Shown in pieces: positions 10,475-20,871 of a stretch of 64,000 nt of DNA. How positions within the stretch are numbered: position 1 is the stretch's first letter; every line of letters starts with the position of its first letter. The translations under genes were made by a program, and so were the position numbers. The DNA lies in IMG/VR virus record IMGVR_UViG_3300035208_002115; one strand, written 5' to 3'. This stretch comes from a virus. Taxonomy: Duplodnaviria; Caudoviricetes. The notes beneath the pieces are model-generated. The model was not told the origin of the DNA, searched no databases, and saw nothing but the letters and a program-made list of their open reading frames with translations.

Positions 10475-11212
10475 ATGGACAGGGATACATTTCTCAAAAG
10501 TTTACGTAACATTACGAATATTATAGAGAAGAATGAGATAAGTTATGACATTCCATTTGATTACAGAAATAAAAATAAATTCGATAATATAAAGATATTA
10601 GTCAGGGATGATTTGGACTTGAAAGTTTTAGAAAATGAACTTGGTAGTTCTATAATAGAAGAAAGCGGTGTGTTTACCAAAATGTTATATGAAAACGAAT
10701 CTATAATTTTCATAAAATCACCAGAGTTATATTGGGTGAATAATTTTTATTATTATTCAGGAGAAATCATATCCGAGGCCATAAATAAATTAGCAAGTAA
10801 ATTTAATCTTATCTATACACCAACTGGTTTATATTATCAAATAAAAGATTTAAAAATTTTAGTTACCAATAAAGTATTCGAGATATTCGGATTTTTTGGT
10901 GTTAATACTGAGAAACTATTGGAAGGGTTCAATGACCTTATTGACATATACGATTTTATAATTAAATCGGACTACTTTAATTGCGAGTTATTTAATATGT
11001 CAGATATCAGTAGTGATAATTATTTTAAAGATGAAAAAATACCTATTTATGAAGATTTTGTAGATACTTTAACATTATTCAAGGGTCGCAAAAATGTTAA
11101 TTTCGAATTCGAAGAACCAGAAAAATATTTTCAACTTATAATAGATTATTTCCCTGATGCATTTCTATATGAAAAAGCATCAGAATACTATAATAAAAAC
11201 AAAAAGATATGA
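10475..11212 (+). CDS. Degenerate Pol-beta-like nucleotidyltransferase homologue
   Basis: IPFDYRNKNKFDNIKILV aligns by eye to the phage NTase motif (Y.NK..FGDxDILV) but lacks the catalytic Asp pair. Confidence 0.4.
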   Translation: MDRDTFLKSLRNITNIIEKNEISYDIPFDYRNKNKFDNIKILVRDDLDLKVLENELGSSIIEESGVFTKMLYENESIIFIKSPELYWVNNFYYYSGEIISEAINKLASKFNLIYTPTGLYYQIKDLKILVTNKVFEIFGFFGVNTEKLLEGFNDLIDIYDFIIKSDYFNCELFNMSDISSDNYFKDEKIPIYEDFVDTLTLFKGRKNVNFEFEEPEKYFQLIIDYFPDAFLYEKASEYYNKNKKI

Positions 11213-11478
11213 AAGTGAGTTTTAAAAATATATTAAAGAAATCATTTTATGCTTCTTTAATTTGTATGTGTACTTTATTTTTTAGTAGTATAATAGTAAT
11301 CATATTAATAGCCTTCTATTCTGTTATTAAAAAAATGATATATAATAATATTATATCGGATTCACACACCGTTATTATATCTTCATTAATTATTTTAGGT
11401 TTTTTTTTGATTACAATAATATTCTACAATTCTCCAAAAATAATAGCTTGGGCTTTCAAAAAATTCAAAAACATTTAA
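11209..11478 (+). CDS. Small 2-TM membrane protein
   Basis: Two long hydrophobic stretches. Confidence 0.55.
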   Translation: MKVSFKNILKKSFYASLICMCTLFFSSIIVIILIAFYSVIKKMIYNNIISDSHTVIISSLIILGFFLITIIFYNSPKIIAWAFKKFKNI

Positions 11479-11496
11479 AACTTTTTTTTCTTCAAT

Positions 11497-11506
11497 TTAA
11501 TATATA
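11497..11506 (+). promoter_or_regulatory. Putative late promoter TTAATATATA (representative copy)
   Basis: Exact copies upstream of genes at 11497(+), 24459(+), 17841(-), 24414(-), 28890(-), 29292(-), 40774(-), 61155(-); analogous to T4 TATAAATA. Confidence 0.6.
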
Positions 11507-11523
11507 GAAGATAAAAATTTTGA

Positions 11524-12945
11524 ATGAATAGGACTATCAAATTAAAAAGGGGTCAGAAAGAACGTTGGATGTGTCTCGGTATAATATTGGAAAATGGTGA
11601 ACCGGGTGTTTGTTTTGATGGTGATGATATAATATTTAAAATAGGCAACGGAATCAATAATTGGTGTGATTTACCTACGCTAAGTTTTTCTAAACATGCC
11701 GTAAATGATTTAATTTATGAATATTTAAGTGGTAATACCATAGACTCAACTAAAATAATAAGTTTCGGTAATATTTCTGATAGTGGTAATATGGACTACC
11801 CAGTTACCGAAAATTCCACAATAGGTGATGGTAAATATCAAAGATATTATCCTGATTTATATAATAATTTTAATTCAGTATACAAAGATTTCTTATGGGA
11901 TATCGTTTGGTCAGATGGTAGTTCAGGATTAACACAAAGAAAATATAATAACCGAGTTGAATTGGTCGCTGATATAGGTAATAATACTCCCAACAATTCA
12001 TCTATCAGAACTGCTTATTATAACATAGAATGTTACGCAAAACAATCTAATAGTGTTGGTAGAATAAATAAAGTTTATGGTATGAATAAATTTCTTTCTA
12101 TGTTAAAGGGGAGAGGTAATTATAAATCCAGAATTGGACATTTGGGTAATGTTTATTCTTCTTTAAGATGGTCAAATAAAGATTCTTTTATAAGTACTAT
12201 ATGGGATTATTTCACATTTAATGGATTTACAAATAGTAATAATTTAGCAAATATCACATCTTCAACTTGGATAGCATCTAATTATCATACTATGTATGGT
12301 CTTTTACAAAATGGAAATACTATAACTTTTAATTCTGGGGATGCTAAAAATAGAAAAGTTTTTTCATGGGGGGATTCTGATTTTTATACTCATAATGTAG
12401 AAAATATGACGGTAACTGATTCAGTATTTGTGGGTTTAAATCTAAATGCAACATCTTTCACACTATTATCAAATACAACATTAGATAATATTTATTATTC
12501 ATACGATAGTTTAATAAAAGTTTATAAATTAAATGGTATAAGTCAATATGGTGATAATATATCAGCATTATATATAAAACCAGTTGGAATGGATACATTC
12601 CGATTAAATTACATACCAAATTCTACAAGTAAATCATTATATATGTATGTTTATTCTGGTTGGAATGATGACCAACCACTTATAAGAAAATTAAATGATG
12701 TTAATGTGTCGGTGGATGAAGGAAGTAAATTATTAGGAGATTTATCATATATGGTTTCTAAATTCCAATGGCAACCAAATATTTTATATAGTAATTCTCG
12801 AAATCATATTGGTGAAACAAAACAAAAAAGATTTAGATTTTTCATTGGAGATAATAATGGTAATATTTCTAATTTTAGTTCAGAAATCGCACCTTATGTA
12901 TACGGTACGGGGACTAAAGTTAGAACTGTTATAAAAGGAGTTTAA
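11524..12945 (+). CDS. Tail/receptor-binding-type protein with Mtd-N/hyaluronidase-like N-terminal domain
   Basis: IKLKRG..W....ILENGEPG.......FKIGNGINNWCDLP; N/S/G-rich beta body; late-type promoter. Confidence 0.65.
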   Translation: MNRTIKLKRGQKERWMCLGIILENGEPGVCFDGDDIIFKIGNGINNWCDLPTLSFSKHAVNDLIYEYLSGNTIDSTKIISFGNISDSGNMDYPVTENSTIGDGKYQRYYPDLYNNFNSVYKDFLWDIVWSDGSSGLTQRKYNNRVELVADIGNNTPNNSSIRTAYYNIECYAKQSNSVGRINKVYGMNKFLSMLKGRGNYKSRIGHLGNVYSSLRWSNKDSFISTIWDYFTFNGFTNSNNLANITSSTWIASNYHTMYGLLQNGNTITFNSGDAKNRKVFSWGDSDFYTHNVENMTVTDSVFVGLNLNATSFTLLSNTTLDNIYYSYDSLIKVYKLNGISQYGDNISALYIKPVGMDTFRLNYIPNSTSKSLYMYVYSGWNDDQPLIRKLNDVNVSVDEGSKLLGDLSYMVSKFQWQPNILYSNSRNHIGETKQKRFRFFIGDNNGNISNFSSEIAPYVYGTGTKVRTVIKGV

Positions 12946-13039
12946 AATATTAGTGCTGTATTAATAAAATAATAGCACACCAAATCCATTACTGATAAAA
13001 TAAATGGATACTAAAGGCTGAATTAATAAAAGGACAGCC
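12912..13039 (+). repeat. Array of four phased hairpins with conserved ATAAAA loops
   Basis: ATAAAA at 12931, 12964, 12995, 13026, closed by AACT/AGTT, GTGCT/AGCAC, ATCCATT/AATGGAT, GGCTG/CAGCC; AC(C/T)AA-like linkers. Confidence 0.6.
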
Positions 13040-13047
13040 CTAAACGG

Positions 13048-13078
13048 GCAACCATAGAGAAATTTATGGTTGCTTTTT
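13048..13078 (+). terminator. Intrinsic terminator
   Basis: GCAACCATA-gagaaatt-TATGGTTGC followed by TTTTT. Confidence 0.75.
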
Positions 13079-13094
13079 AAAAACAGTTTTATTT

Positions 13095-13568
13095 ATGAGA
13101 CTTAAAGGTAAACAAATAGCAGATTCAACTATCACACAAAGAAATCTTAATTTAACAACACCATCTGGTAATACCGATGCAGCTACGAAAGAATACGTTG
13201 ATAGTATGATTTCAGTTGAACATTTATCACTGGCTAATAAAAATATGTCAGCTTTATCCACCTCTGGTATAACAGGAATTACACTGGCTTGTAGTACCCC
13301 TATATTAGAACCCCCTATTACTAATTCACAGACTGATGTTTATATAAATAATCTTTTGATTGATAGTGGCCCGAATAAAGCAGCTTTCTTTTCGGGAAAT
13401 AGTGGTATCACAGCGAGAGGGGTGGGTGAAACACAACTTGGTGATTATTTATATTGGAATATGCTTATAGCAGAATATGAACTCGAAATATCAGATAGTA
13501 TTGACTTTAGCTATCTTATTCATGGTGCATCTTCTGAGACTGGCGTAATAGATGGTGGAGTTATTTAA
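13095..13568 (+). CDS. Probable virion structural (tail-associated) protein
   Basis: TPSGNTDAATKEYVD fibre-type motif; C-terminal IDGG; several SGxT motifs. Confidence 0.55.
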   Translation: MRLKGKQIADSTITQRNLNLTTPSGNTDAATKEYVDSMISVEHLSLANKNMSALSTSGITGITLACSTPILEPPITNSQTDVYINNLLIDSGPNKAAFFSGNSGITARGVGETQLGDYLYWNMLIAEYELEISDSIDFSYLIHGASSETGVIDGGVI

Positions 13569-14563
13569 ATTGAAACAGAATTTTCCATATTATGTAAAAG
13601 TTCCTCTGGTGCATAAAAATCGTTCAATACAATAAGCTTTAAGTTTCTTTTTATTCTACTATCCATTAGATTTTTAATGTTAGTCACATTAATAGGGTCA
13701 ACCTTCTTAAAGGAACAAACAACATCTTTTATTCGTTCAACGATTTCTTTTGAATTGAAATCTATATCCTCTGGGTATATCTCTTTATATAAATCATATA
13801 AAGATTTTGCCCCATCAGTTCCAATACCTCTAGGTTTACCAGTAGTGGTCATAGATTCATAAACAGATGTAATATTATCACCTTTATCTCCCGATATTAT
13901 TTTAATAAACAATTCAGCCTCTTTATTTTTTTCAACAATATGACCCTTATGAGTAATATTTTTCAAAAAATCAACCATCTCAACATCATCTGACATATTG
14001 AATAGTGTAGTTGGTTCATCAGAATTATTAACAGCAAAATCCAAAAAGACTTTATAATTCTCTGGAAGATGAATTCTATCATCAGACATCTTATGTCCAA
14101 GCATTATATTAATAAACCCTTTATTTATATCATAATCTAACAATTGGTACAAGTCACCATCAACTGATATTATTAGATTACTAAATCCCTTCTCGTTTGA
14201 TTTTCGTACAACATATGCAATTAAATCATCTCCTTCTGCATTTACAACTTGTAATTGCTTAATACCTCGGAAATTGATAATATTCTTTTTAAAATTTTCA
14301 TAAGTTTCATATACAAAAGGCCAATCTATTTCACTGTCTTTGCTTCTTTTAGCTTTATAATCAGTATAAAACTTTTTTCTCCAGTTGTTTTTATCATCCG
14401 ATATGAAATAAATATTATCAAACGCATACATATCAGATAAATTCTTAATTTCTTTGACCATTATAGTTTCAAGCTCCGAATACAATATTTTATTTTTATG
14501 AGCTATAAAAGCGTTTTTAGTCAACAAAAAATTACCATCTATTATTAAATTAATTTTATCCAT
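13565..14563 (-). CDS. rnh: RNase H / 5'-3' exonuclease (T4 rnh, FEN-like)
   Basis: LIIDGN, WRKKFYTDYKAKR, EGDDLIA, SVDGDLYQL, KIISGDKGDNI, GIG. Confidence 0.9.
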   Translation of the reverse strand: MDKINLIIDGNFLLTKNAFIAHKNKILYSELETIMVKEIKNLSDMYAFDNIYFISDDKNNWRKKFYTDYKAKRSKDSEIDWPFVYETYENFKKNIINFRGIKQLQVVNAEGDDLIAYVVRKSNEKGFSNLIISVDGDLYQLLDYDINKGFINIMLGHKMSDDRIHLPENYKVFLDFAVNNSDEPTTLFNMSDDVEMVDFLKNITHKGHIVEKNKEAELFIKIISGDKGDNITSVYESMTTTGKPRGIGTDGAKSLYDLYKEIYPEDIDFNSKEIVERIKDVVCSFKKVDPINVTNIKNLMDSRIKRNLKLIVLNDFYAPEELLHNMENSVSI

Positions 14564-14577
14564 TTTATATTTTTATT

Positions 14578-15055
14578 TTAAAGACCTGAAATTTCTGGTA
14601 TTTTCACTTCTTTCGTTGTTCCTTCTTCACCCCTTATCCACGCTTTACCTTCTTTAGTATTAACAATAATCTTTACAACACCAGTGTCTATCATATGCAA
14701 TAAAGTTATATTCATCTTATCAGATGATTCAAAATAACCATTATTGTAATAAATGAAAAATGCGTTCATATTATAATAATTTATAAGTGACTTTATTAAA
14801 TTTTATACCCGTCTGTGTTATGATAGTATAATAAACATTTATAATTTCAAGTTTAGATACTTTTTTATTATCTGTTCCGTCTTCATTTAAAGTGTTAGAT
14901 TCTTCATATTTAAATTCAACTGCTGGTCTTTCACCCAACGCCTGTGCCAGTTCCGATTCAATTTTTTTATAATCAAGTTTTTCTGGGTTTTTTAAATCAA
15001 CCAATGACATATAATCATTTATAACTTTTTCTTTAAATATTGCTGTACCATCCAT
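14578..15055 (-). CDS. Two small hypothetical proteins (14578-14769, 14771-15055)
   Basis: ORF track; tight operon packing. Confidence 0.55.
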
Positions 15056-15084
15056 ATTTATATTTATATTTTTATTATATATTT

Positions 15085-15498
15085 TTATTTACACGTAGCA
15101 TATCCACCAATATGATATTCATCTAAAACCATTGGGATTAACCACCGTAAATTAGGAATTACGTCCAATGAAAATAAATTATCAACATCATGAATTTCAA
15201 CTATTTCATCAGTCAATGACTGAACTCTACTATAATCTTCGGATGAATACCAGAAAAAATGAACATAAGCAAATTCATTTTCAATTGTGAAAAAATCTTC
15301 CCAACCATTTAAATAAACTCCAGTTTCTTCAACAAATTCTCTTGACATAGCATCACATGGAAATTCACCAACTTCAACATGACCACCGACTCCGTTTAAT
15401 TTACCAACCTGCCATTGTGGTCTATTTTTTCTTATAAGAACTACTTTTTTATAGTCTGGAGAAAAAAGAAACCCCACCACATATATTTGTTGTTCCAT
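15085..15498 (-). CDS. Nudix hydrolase (MutT-like)
   Basis: GKLNGVGGHVEVGEFPCDAMSREFVEETG. Confidence 0.88.
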   Translation of the reverse strand: MEQQIYVVGFLFSPDYKKVVLIRKNRPQWQVGKLNGVGGHVEVGEFPCDAMSREFVEETGVYLNGWEDFFTIENEFAYVHFFWYSSEDYSRVQSLTDEIVEIHDVDNLFSLDVIPNLRWLIPMVLDEYHIGGYATCK

Positions 15499-15513
15499 TT
15501 TATATTTTTATTT

Positions 15514-16464
15514 TTAATTAATACATCTTTTCAAATCCTGAATATAACATATCAAATGAATTATCGGGTCAATAGTATTAGCCAATGTAGCGTTATAATT
15601 TTTTTGAATTTCAAATATTTGTGTTGCATTTTTAACAGCTAAATCTAATTTGAACTCCATTATATAATTAAAAAATGGTCGTCCTAATAATTCAAAAGCT
15701 TTTTCATAACTATCTTGATAATTACCCATAACATATTTGAATGTTTCTATTGAATCCGAATTTTTATCAAATAAAAAATTATATAAATCAATCTGGTGGG
15801 AACTGGCTGATGATGTTTCAAGACGATTACCATTTCTCGATATCTGAATTTCCTGAACCATTTGTACTGCCGAGCGTAAATCTGGGAAAAATTTATTAAT
15901 AATTTTGGTGATAATTTCACCAGAAACTAATTCTTCTTCTTTAATAGCTTTAACTAAAGCAGTTAAATATTTCCTATAATTACTTTTTAAAAAATCTACT
16001 TCTGATTGACTGAGTGGGTCAAAATTTATCTTATTATACCGAGAACCCATCTCAGTTATTTTATTGATGTGATTAGTAGTAATAATAAACCGAGCTTGTT
16101 TATGATAAGTCTCAATGAAACCTTTCAACGCATCCTGAAAAGAAGATGATGCTTTATCAAACTCATCTAATATAATTACTTTATGTTCTTCTGGTGAATA
16201 CTGGAAATTTAATGTGGTTATATGGTCTAAAATTTTAGTTCTAACTATCTCAACACTGGTATCCAGTGATGTATTTATTTCCAATGTATGACGGTCAGCA
16301 GCTAAGATTCGAGCTAAACTGGTTTTACCAGTACCAGCACCACCATGAAATATTAAATTAGTCTGGATACCTTTATCAACGAATTCCCGTATACGTGGTA
16401 ATAATATGATATTGTTCAGATTGTTTGGGCGATATTTCTCCCATAGTAAATAATTCTTGTTCAT
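15514..16464 (-). CDS. Clamp loader AAA+ subunit (T4 gp44 / RFC-like)
   Basis: LWEKYRP, Walker A GGAGTGKTS, VIILDEFD, QDALKGFIE, FIITTN, FPDLR. Confidence 0.92.
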   Translation of the reverse strand: MNKNYLLWEKYRPNNLNNIILLPRIREFVDKGIQTNLIFHGGAGTGKTSLARILAADRHTLEINTSLDTSVEIVRTKILDHITTLNFQYSPEEHKVIILDEFDKASSSFQDALKGFIETYHKQARFIITTNHINKITEMGSRYNKINFDPLSQSEVDFLKSNYRKYLTALVKAIKEEELVSGEIITKIINKFFPDLRSAVQMVQEIQISRNGNRLETSSASSHQIDLYNFLFDKNSDSIETFKYVMGNYQDSYEKAFELLGRPFFNYIMEFKLDLAVKNATQIFEIQKNYNATLANTIDPIIHLICYIQDLKRCIN

Positions 16465-16564
16465 ATTCTCTTTTTTAATTACTATTTATAGTCTGATTAA
16501 TGATTATAGTTTAATTTTTTTTATATAAACTAAATATTTATTTTTGTTTTAAATAATATAATAA

Positions 16565-17367
16565 ATGATTGATATAAATATATTGTTAAGTAAATTAGAT
16601 ACGTTAGCTGCCAATCCAGTTGATTATAATTTAATGCTGGATGTAACAATACTTATGTATCAAGAAAATTGTGTATGCGATGGAAAAATAGACCTTTGTA
16701 AAAAAATTAAAAATGATGCAAACACTAGATTACAATATGCTAAATATTTTATAGATATCTTTATTGAAATAAACGTGTTTTATGTGGACAATAAAAAAAG
16801 TACCCATATAAATAATATGAATATGTTTCGTCCATATTATACACGTAAAATAATAAAAGAATATTTTAAAATAAATGATTTATATTATATTATTAATAAT
16901 AATCTGGATTATTATACCTATCAAAAAATGCATAGGAAAGAAAAATTAGATGAGATATTTGGTAACAGTTTAATAGGGAAAATGATATGATTGATTATGA
17001 TTATCTGGCTGCAAATCCTAAAGATTACAATTCTGTATTAGATACACTTATTAAAATGCAACAAAATGATTATATCGCATTTGGTAAATTACAATTTGTA
17101 AAAGAATTAAAAGAGAGAGCCTTAATTGAATTAAAATATACTAAGCTTACTTTTGATATATTTTGTTTTTTAGAAATAATTTATGAAGTTGTAAATTACC
17201 CATCAAATAATGGTTATACAGAATATCATATAAATAAAATTATAAAAAATTATTTTAGATTAAGTGATATATCGTATATGTTAAAAAATGGGATAAAATA
17301 TTCCACGTATGATAAAATGCACAGGAAAGAAAAATTGGAACAAATATTTGGAAATGAATTGAAATAA
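16565..17367 (+). CDS. Tandem paralogous hypothetical proteins (16565-16990, 16987-17367)
   Basis: Both have LAANPxDYN and end YxKMHRKEKLxxIFGN. Confidence 0.7.
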
Positions 17368-17395
17368 AAAAAGTGGACTTTTGAACCACTTTTTT
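17367..17395. terminator. Bidirectional intrinsic terminator
   Basis: AAAAAAGTGG-acttttgaa-CCACTTTTTT between convergent genes. Confidence 0.7.
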
Positions 17396-17415
17396 ATTTC
17401 AATGCTTTATATTTT

Positions 17416-17820
17416 TTATTCGTTTTTTTTACTTTCATTGACACGTAGGTCAGTCACCAAATCTTGAATTTTAAATTCGAGGTCTGCTGCACCTTCAACA
17501 ACTGCATTCAAATCTGTTTCTGCTAATTTTATATCACCATCAATCCAATTGAAATTATGATTTTTAAAAGATTTAAGCTTTACATTTTCCAATAATTTCA
17601 CTCTTTCTTTTAATACAGTAACTTTAATAAGTTTACCAACTAATTTAAGAAATTCATCTTTACCTGCTATTGATATGACATTCTGACTAAGTGATTCAGC
17701 TATCTGGCCTTCTACTTTTATTGACAACGTTTCATTAAAGAAACCTTCTAATATTTCTGGAAAAGTTTTAGGTTCGCCATCATTAATATCAATCTTATCT
17801 AAATTGCTAAATTTTTTCAT
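17416..17820 (-). CDS. Hypothetical late protein
   Basis: N-terminus MKKFSNL shared with Nudix 9534-10121; TTAATATATA upstream. Confidence 0.55.
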   Translation of the reverse strand: MKKFSNLDKIDINDGEPKTFPEILEGFFNETLSIKVEGQIAESLSQNVISIAGKDEFLKLVGKLIKVTVLKERVKLLENVKLKSFKNHNFNWIDGDIKLAETDLNAVVEGAADLEFKIQDLVTDLRVNESKKNE

Positions 17821-17853
17821 GTTCTAATAATTTTTTATTCTATATATTAAATT

Positions 17854-18540
17854 TTATCTTCGATTTTTGTAAATCCAAGAATTAGAAAAATATTCATTCT
17901 TATTTAATTCATTCATATAAACTTTTGCTTCATCCAAGGAATAGAACCCACATATATAAACAAAGTATAGATTATTATCATAAAACATTCCAGCGTTTTC
18001 ATTTTTCAATTCAGATATATAATTAACAGCATTATTTTCTTCTCTGAATACACCTGTTATCACATAATATGATGTAATATCATCTTTCATTATATTTTGA
18101 TATTCATATAAACTATCAACAATATATTTATATCTATTAAATAAAGAATCATATTTATAACTGAGACCAAGTTTTTTGCACATATTTCTTGTATAGTTAT
18201 TAAAATCGGTGAGAGTGGCTAAATAAGTATTATATGATTTTTCATCCAGTGATATACCAACTGATAAAATGCTATCAACTGTCGTATAATAATCTTTAAC
18301 AAACAAATCAATAGTATTAAGAACAATAGTAGTATCATCCCCTATTAATTGAACTTCAGGTATAATGTTTTCATCGGTGTATGGTATTTCTTCAACTTTA
18401 CTTACCTGTTCCTGTTTACAAGCCTCTTTAAATTTAGAGAAACTAAATCCAAACTTATCAACAATAACTGGTTTATACAACAACACTATTAAAAGAGCAA
18501 TAATAGTAAATCCTAAAAATAATTTTGCCCAGAAATTCAT
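17854..18540 (-). CDS. Membrane-anchored SPOR-domain (peptidoglycan-binding) protein
   Basis: N-terminal TM; C-terminal YYVITGVFREENNA...LYFVYICGFYSLDEAK...SWIY. Confidence 0.7.
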   Translation of the reverse strand: MNFWAKLFLGFTIIALLIVLLYKPVIVDKFGFSFSKFKEACKQEQVSKVEEIPYTDENIIPEVQLIGDDTTIVLNTIDLFVKDYYTTVDSILSVGISLDEKSYNTYLATLTDFNNYTRNMCKKLGLSYKYDSLFNRYKYIVDSLYEYQNIMKDDITSYYVITGVFREENNAVNYISELKNENAGMFYDNNLYFVYICGFYSLDEAKVYMNELNKNEYFSNSWIYKNRR

Positions 18541-18551
18541 TTAATTATATT

Positions 18552-19881
18552 TTATTTTAAATCAGCAATAAATGGGATAATTTGCTGTTTTATTTCATCT
18601 ATTGTTATTGACGGATACTTTTCAATTATCAAGTTTTTAAGTTTTAATGAATCTTCGTTCAATTTCTTAATCTTGATATAATACGGTTGAATCTGACTTT
18701 CGATTTTATCTACGTTTTTAATCAGCTCATCCATTTTCTCTATATATAATTTTTCTTTTATAGAATTTTTTTCTTCACCCTCATATAGTTCATCTATTTC
18801 ATCTCTATATCGCTCAATTTCTTTACGATATCTATTGATACTTGGCTGTTTCTTTTTAATATTAGAAAGTGCCAGTAAGTATTCTTCACGAATTCTTCTG
18901 GCCTCATTTAAATAAAATAAATCCAATTTTACTTTCATATTATACTATAACGGGTTTTAATTTTTTCTTTTCTGCCGATTCTGGTAACAATTCTACTTCT
19001 TTACCATTTTCATCAAAATAGAAAAACTTTTGTTTTCCACTTTTTGTTTGTTTTCCAGCTTTGTGTATACCTTTTTTAGTTTCCACTGCTTTGATAGTTA
19101 CTTTGTCAGTTTTAAACTTATTAGCCTCATCTTCACCATAAATTTCTTTAATGATTTGATATTCAACCTCACTTTCAACATCAGAAACTTTACTCATAAT
19201 ATTATCCATTATAAGATTTTTATAATAACCAATAATATCACCTTCAATATTTTCTAACATCATTTTAACAAAATCTGGGCTACCGATTTTATCTTTAAAC
19301 TCGATATTTATGGTTATATCATGATTTCTTTTGAAAGATTTAAAAATCATTTCACTTGGATTGATGGGTTGCTGATAAGTCGGTTGTTGAGTTTGTATTG
19401 ACTCATTTGGAATAGCACTATTAGTAGGTAATGGTTGTCTTTTCATTCTAATTCTTCTCCTATTGTTAGCTTCAGTTAATCCAAACATGGCTACCTCATC
19501 TCTATATAAATCTTCTTCAGCATTAACAGTATTTTTTGTGTTGTCTATTTTGGTAACGACTGGTTCTTGAATAGTACCAATATTCATTTTATCCCCAGTT
19601 GTTTTATCAACCACTGAAATACTTGGTTGGTCTGTTATTTTACTGGTATCAACTTTTTTTAAGTTTTCTTCAAATTCACCAGCTAATTTACCATAACTCC
19701 CACTTTTTAAAAAAGATTTTGGGTCAACGACATCTGTCATTATTTCTTCATATAGAAAATTAAATCTATCAGCCAAAACATTATCACCATTTGATAACGA
19801 TATAAAATTATCATTTTCATTTAATATAATGACTGGTTGTGAATTTGGACTATCTTTTTTACGAAATTGTTTCTTTTCCAT
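18552..19881 (-). CDS. Two hypothetical proteins (18552-18938 coiled coil; 18940-19881)
   Basis: ORF track; 1-nt spacing. Confidence 0.6.
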
Positions 19882-19973
19882 TTTTATATGGTTTTATTTT
19901 TTATATATGAAAATTTTGTTTTTGTTTATTTTAAAATATAAATATATATAGTAAAAAAGATTGGGTTCGTTTT

Positions 19974-20561
19974 ATGTTTAATTACAAAAATTTCATTATT
20001 TCTAAAACTAAGCAACTATTTGAGAATGAATTAACAGAATATCTTGGATATGATATTCCAGAGAAGGAAATATCAGGAACATTTTATCATGGGTCTATTA
20101 TACAAGATTTAGATGATTTAATAAATGAATTTAACCCATCCATATATAGTGATTATACAGCTACTTGGATAACAGACGATGAATATATAGCCAATGAATA
20201 TTCTACATACAAACAATCTGAAAATGAATTGAGATGTGTTTATAAAGTTGAAATACAGAAACCAATAAAAATTTTAGAATTTAATGGTGAAATTGCCAGA
20301 GATATTATAGAATATTTTGGTGAAGATGATTTGCGAAATACCATTGGTTTTTTAGAACGACTTGGGTATAAAGGTTGGCGTACCAACGGCTCAATAAATT
20401 ATCACGAATATGAAGATATAGCAATTTTTGATAGTAAATTTTTATATATATATAGTGTGAAATTCATCATCGATGATATTGAAACAGATTACATGTCATT
20501 GAATGATGCAAAAAATTATATTTTAAAAAACAAATTGATACAAGATGAAAACGAAATTTGA
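19974..20561 (+). CDS. ADP-ribosyltransferase-fold protein
   Basis: FYHGS ... WITDDEYIANEYS ... VYKVEI ... GYKG ... EDIAIFD pattern typical of phage ART-like domains. Confidence 0.55.
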   Translation: MFNYKNFIISKTKQLFENELTEYLGYDIPEKEISGTFYHGSIIQDLDDLINEFNPSIYSDYTATWITDDEYIANEYSTYKQSENELRCVYKVEIQKPIKILEFNGEIARDIIEYFGEDDLRNTIGFLERLGYKGWRTNGSINYHEYEDIAIFDSKFLYIYSVKFIIDDIETDYMSLNDAKNYILKNKLIQDENEI

Positions 20562-20796
20562 AGATTTTCTAAATGAGTACAAAGAAGCTTTTAATGTAGA
20601 AAAAGCACTTAAAGAGGTTATTGGAAAAGCCTTTGGTGAAGAAAAATGTGATTGTAAAACAATTATAAATAAAATTTACAAAGAAAGTGAAAATGGTACA
20701 TTACCGACTGCCATTAAGAAAGTTGTAAAAGAATATCCAGAACTGAAAGATTTTGAAAAAGAGCTTATTGCAGTACTGGAAGACCAAATCGATTAA
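20545..20796 (+). CDS. Small putative internal head protein
   Basis: N-terminus MKTKFEDFLNE resembles the T4 capsid targeting sequence. Confidence 0.5.
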   Translation: MKTKFEDFLNEYKEAFNVEKALKEVIGKAFGEEKCDCKTIINKIYKESENGTLPTAIKKVVKEYPELKDFEKELIAVLEDQID

Positions 20797-20820
20797 ATAT
20801 AGATTTTTATTTCTATAATG

Positions 20821-20852
20821 AAAAAAGGAGATTATATATAATCTCCTTTTTT
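20821..20852. terminator. Perfect 32-bp palindrome / terminator-like hairpin before the HEG
   Basis: AAAAAAGGAGATTATATATAATCTCCTTTTTT. Confidence 0.65.
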
Positions 20853-20871
20853 AAAATACTACCAATACTTA

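Noticed and set aside
11524-13078. Diversity-generating retroelement (Mtd-N gene followed by hairpins)
   Set aside because: No reverse transcriptase, no TR/VR pair differing at adenines and no recognisable C-type lectin end in this window.
12912-13078. CRISPR mini-array
   Set aside because: No identical direct repeats with unique spacers; units conserve structure, not sequence; no cas genes seen.
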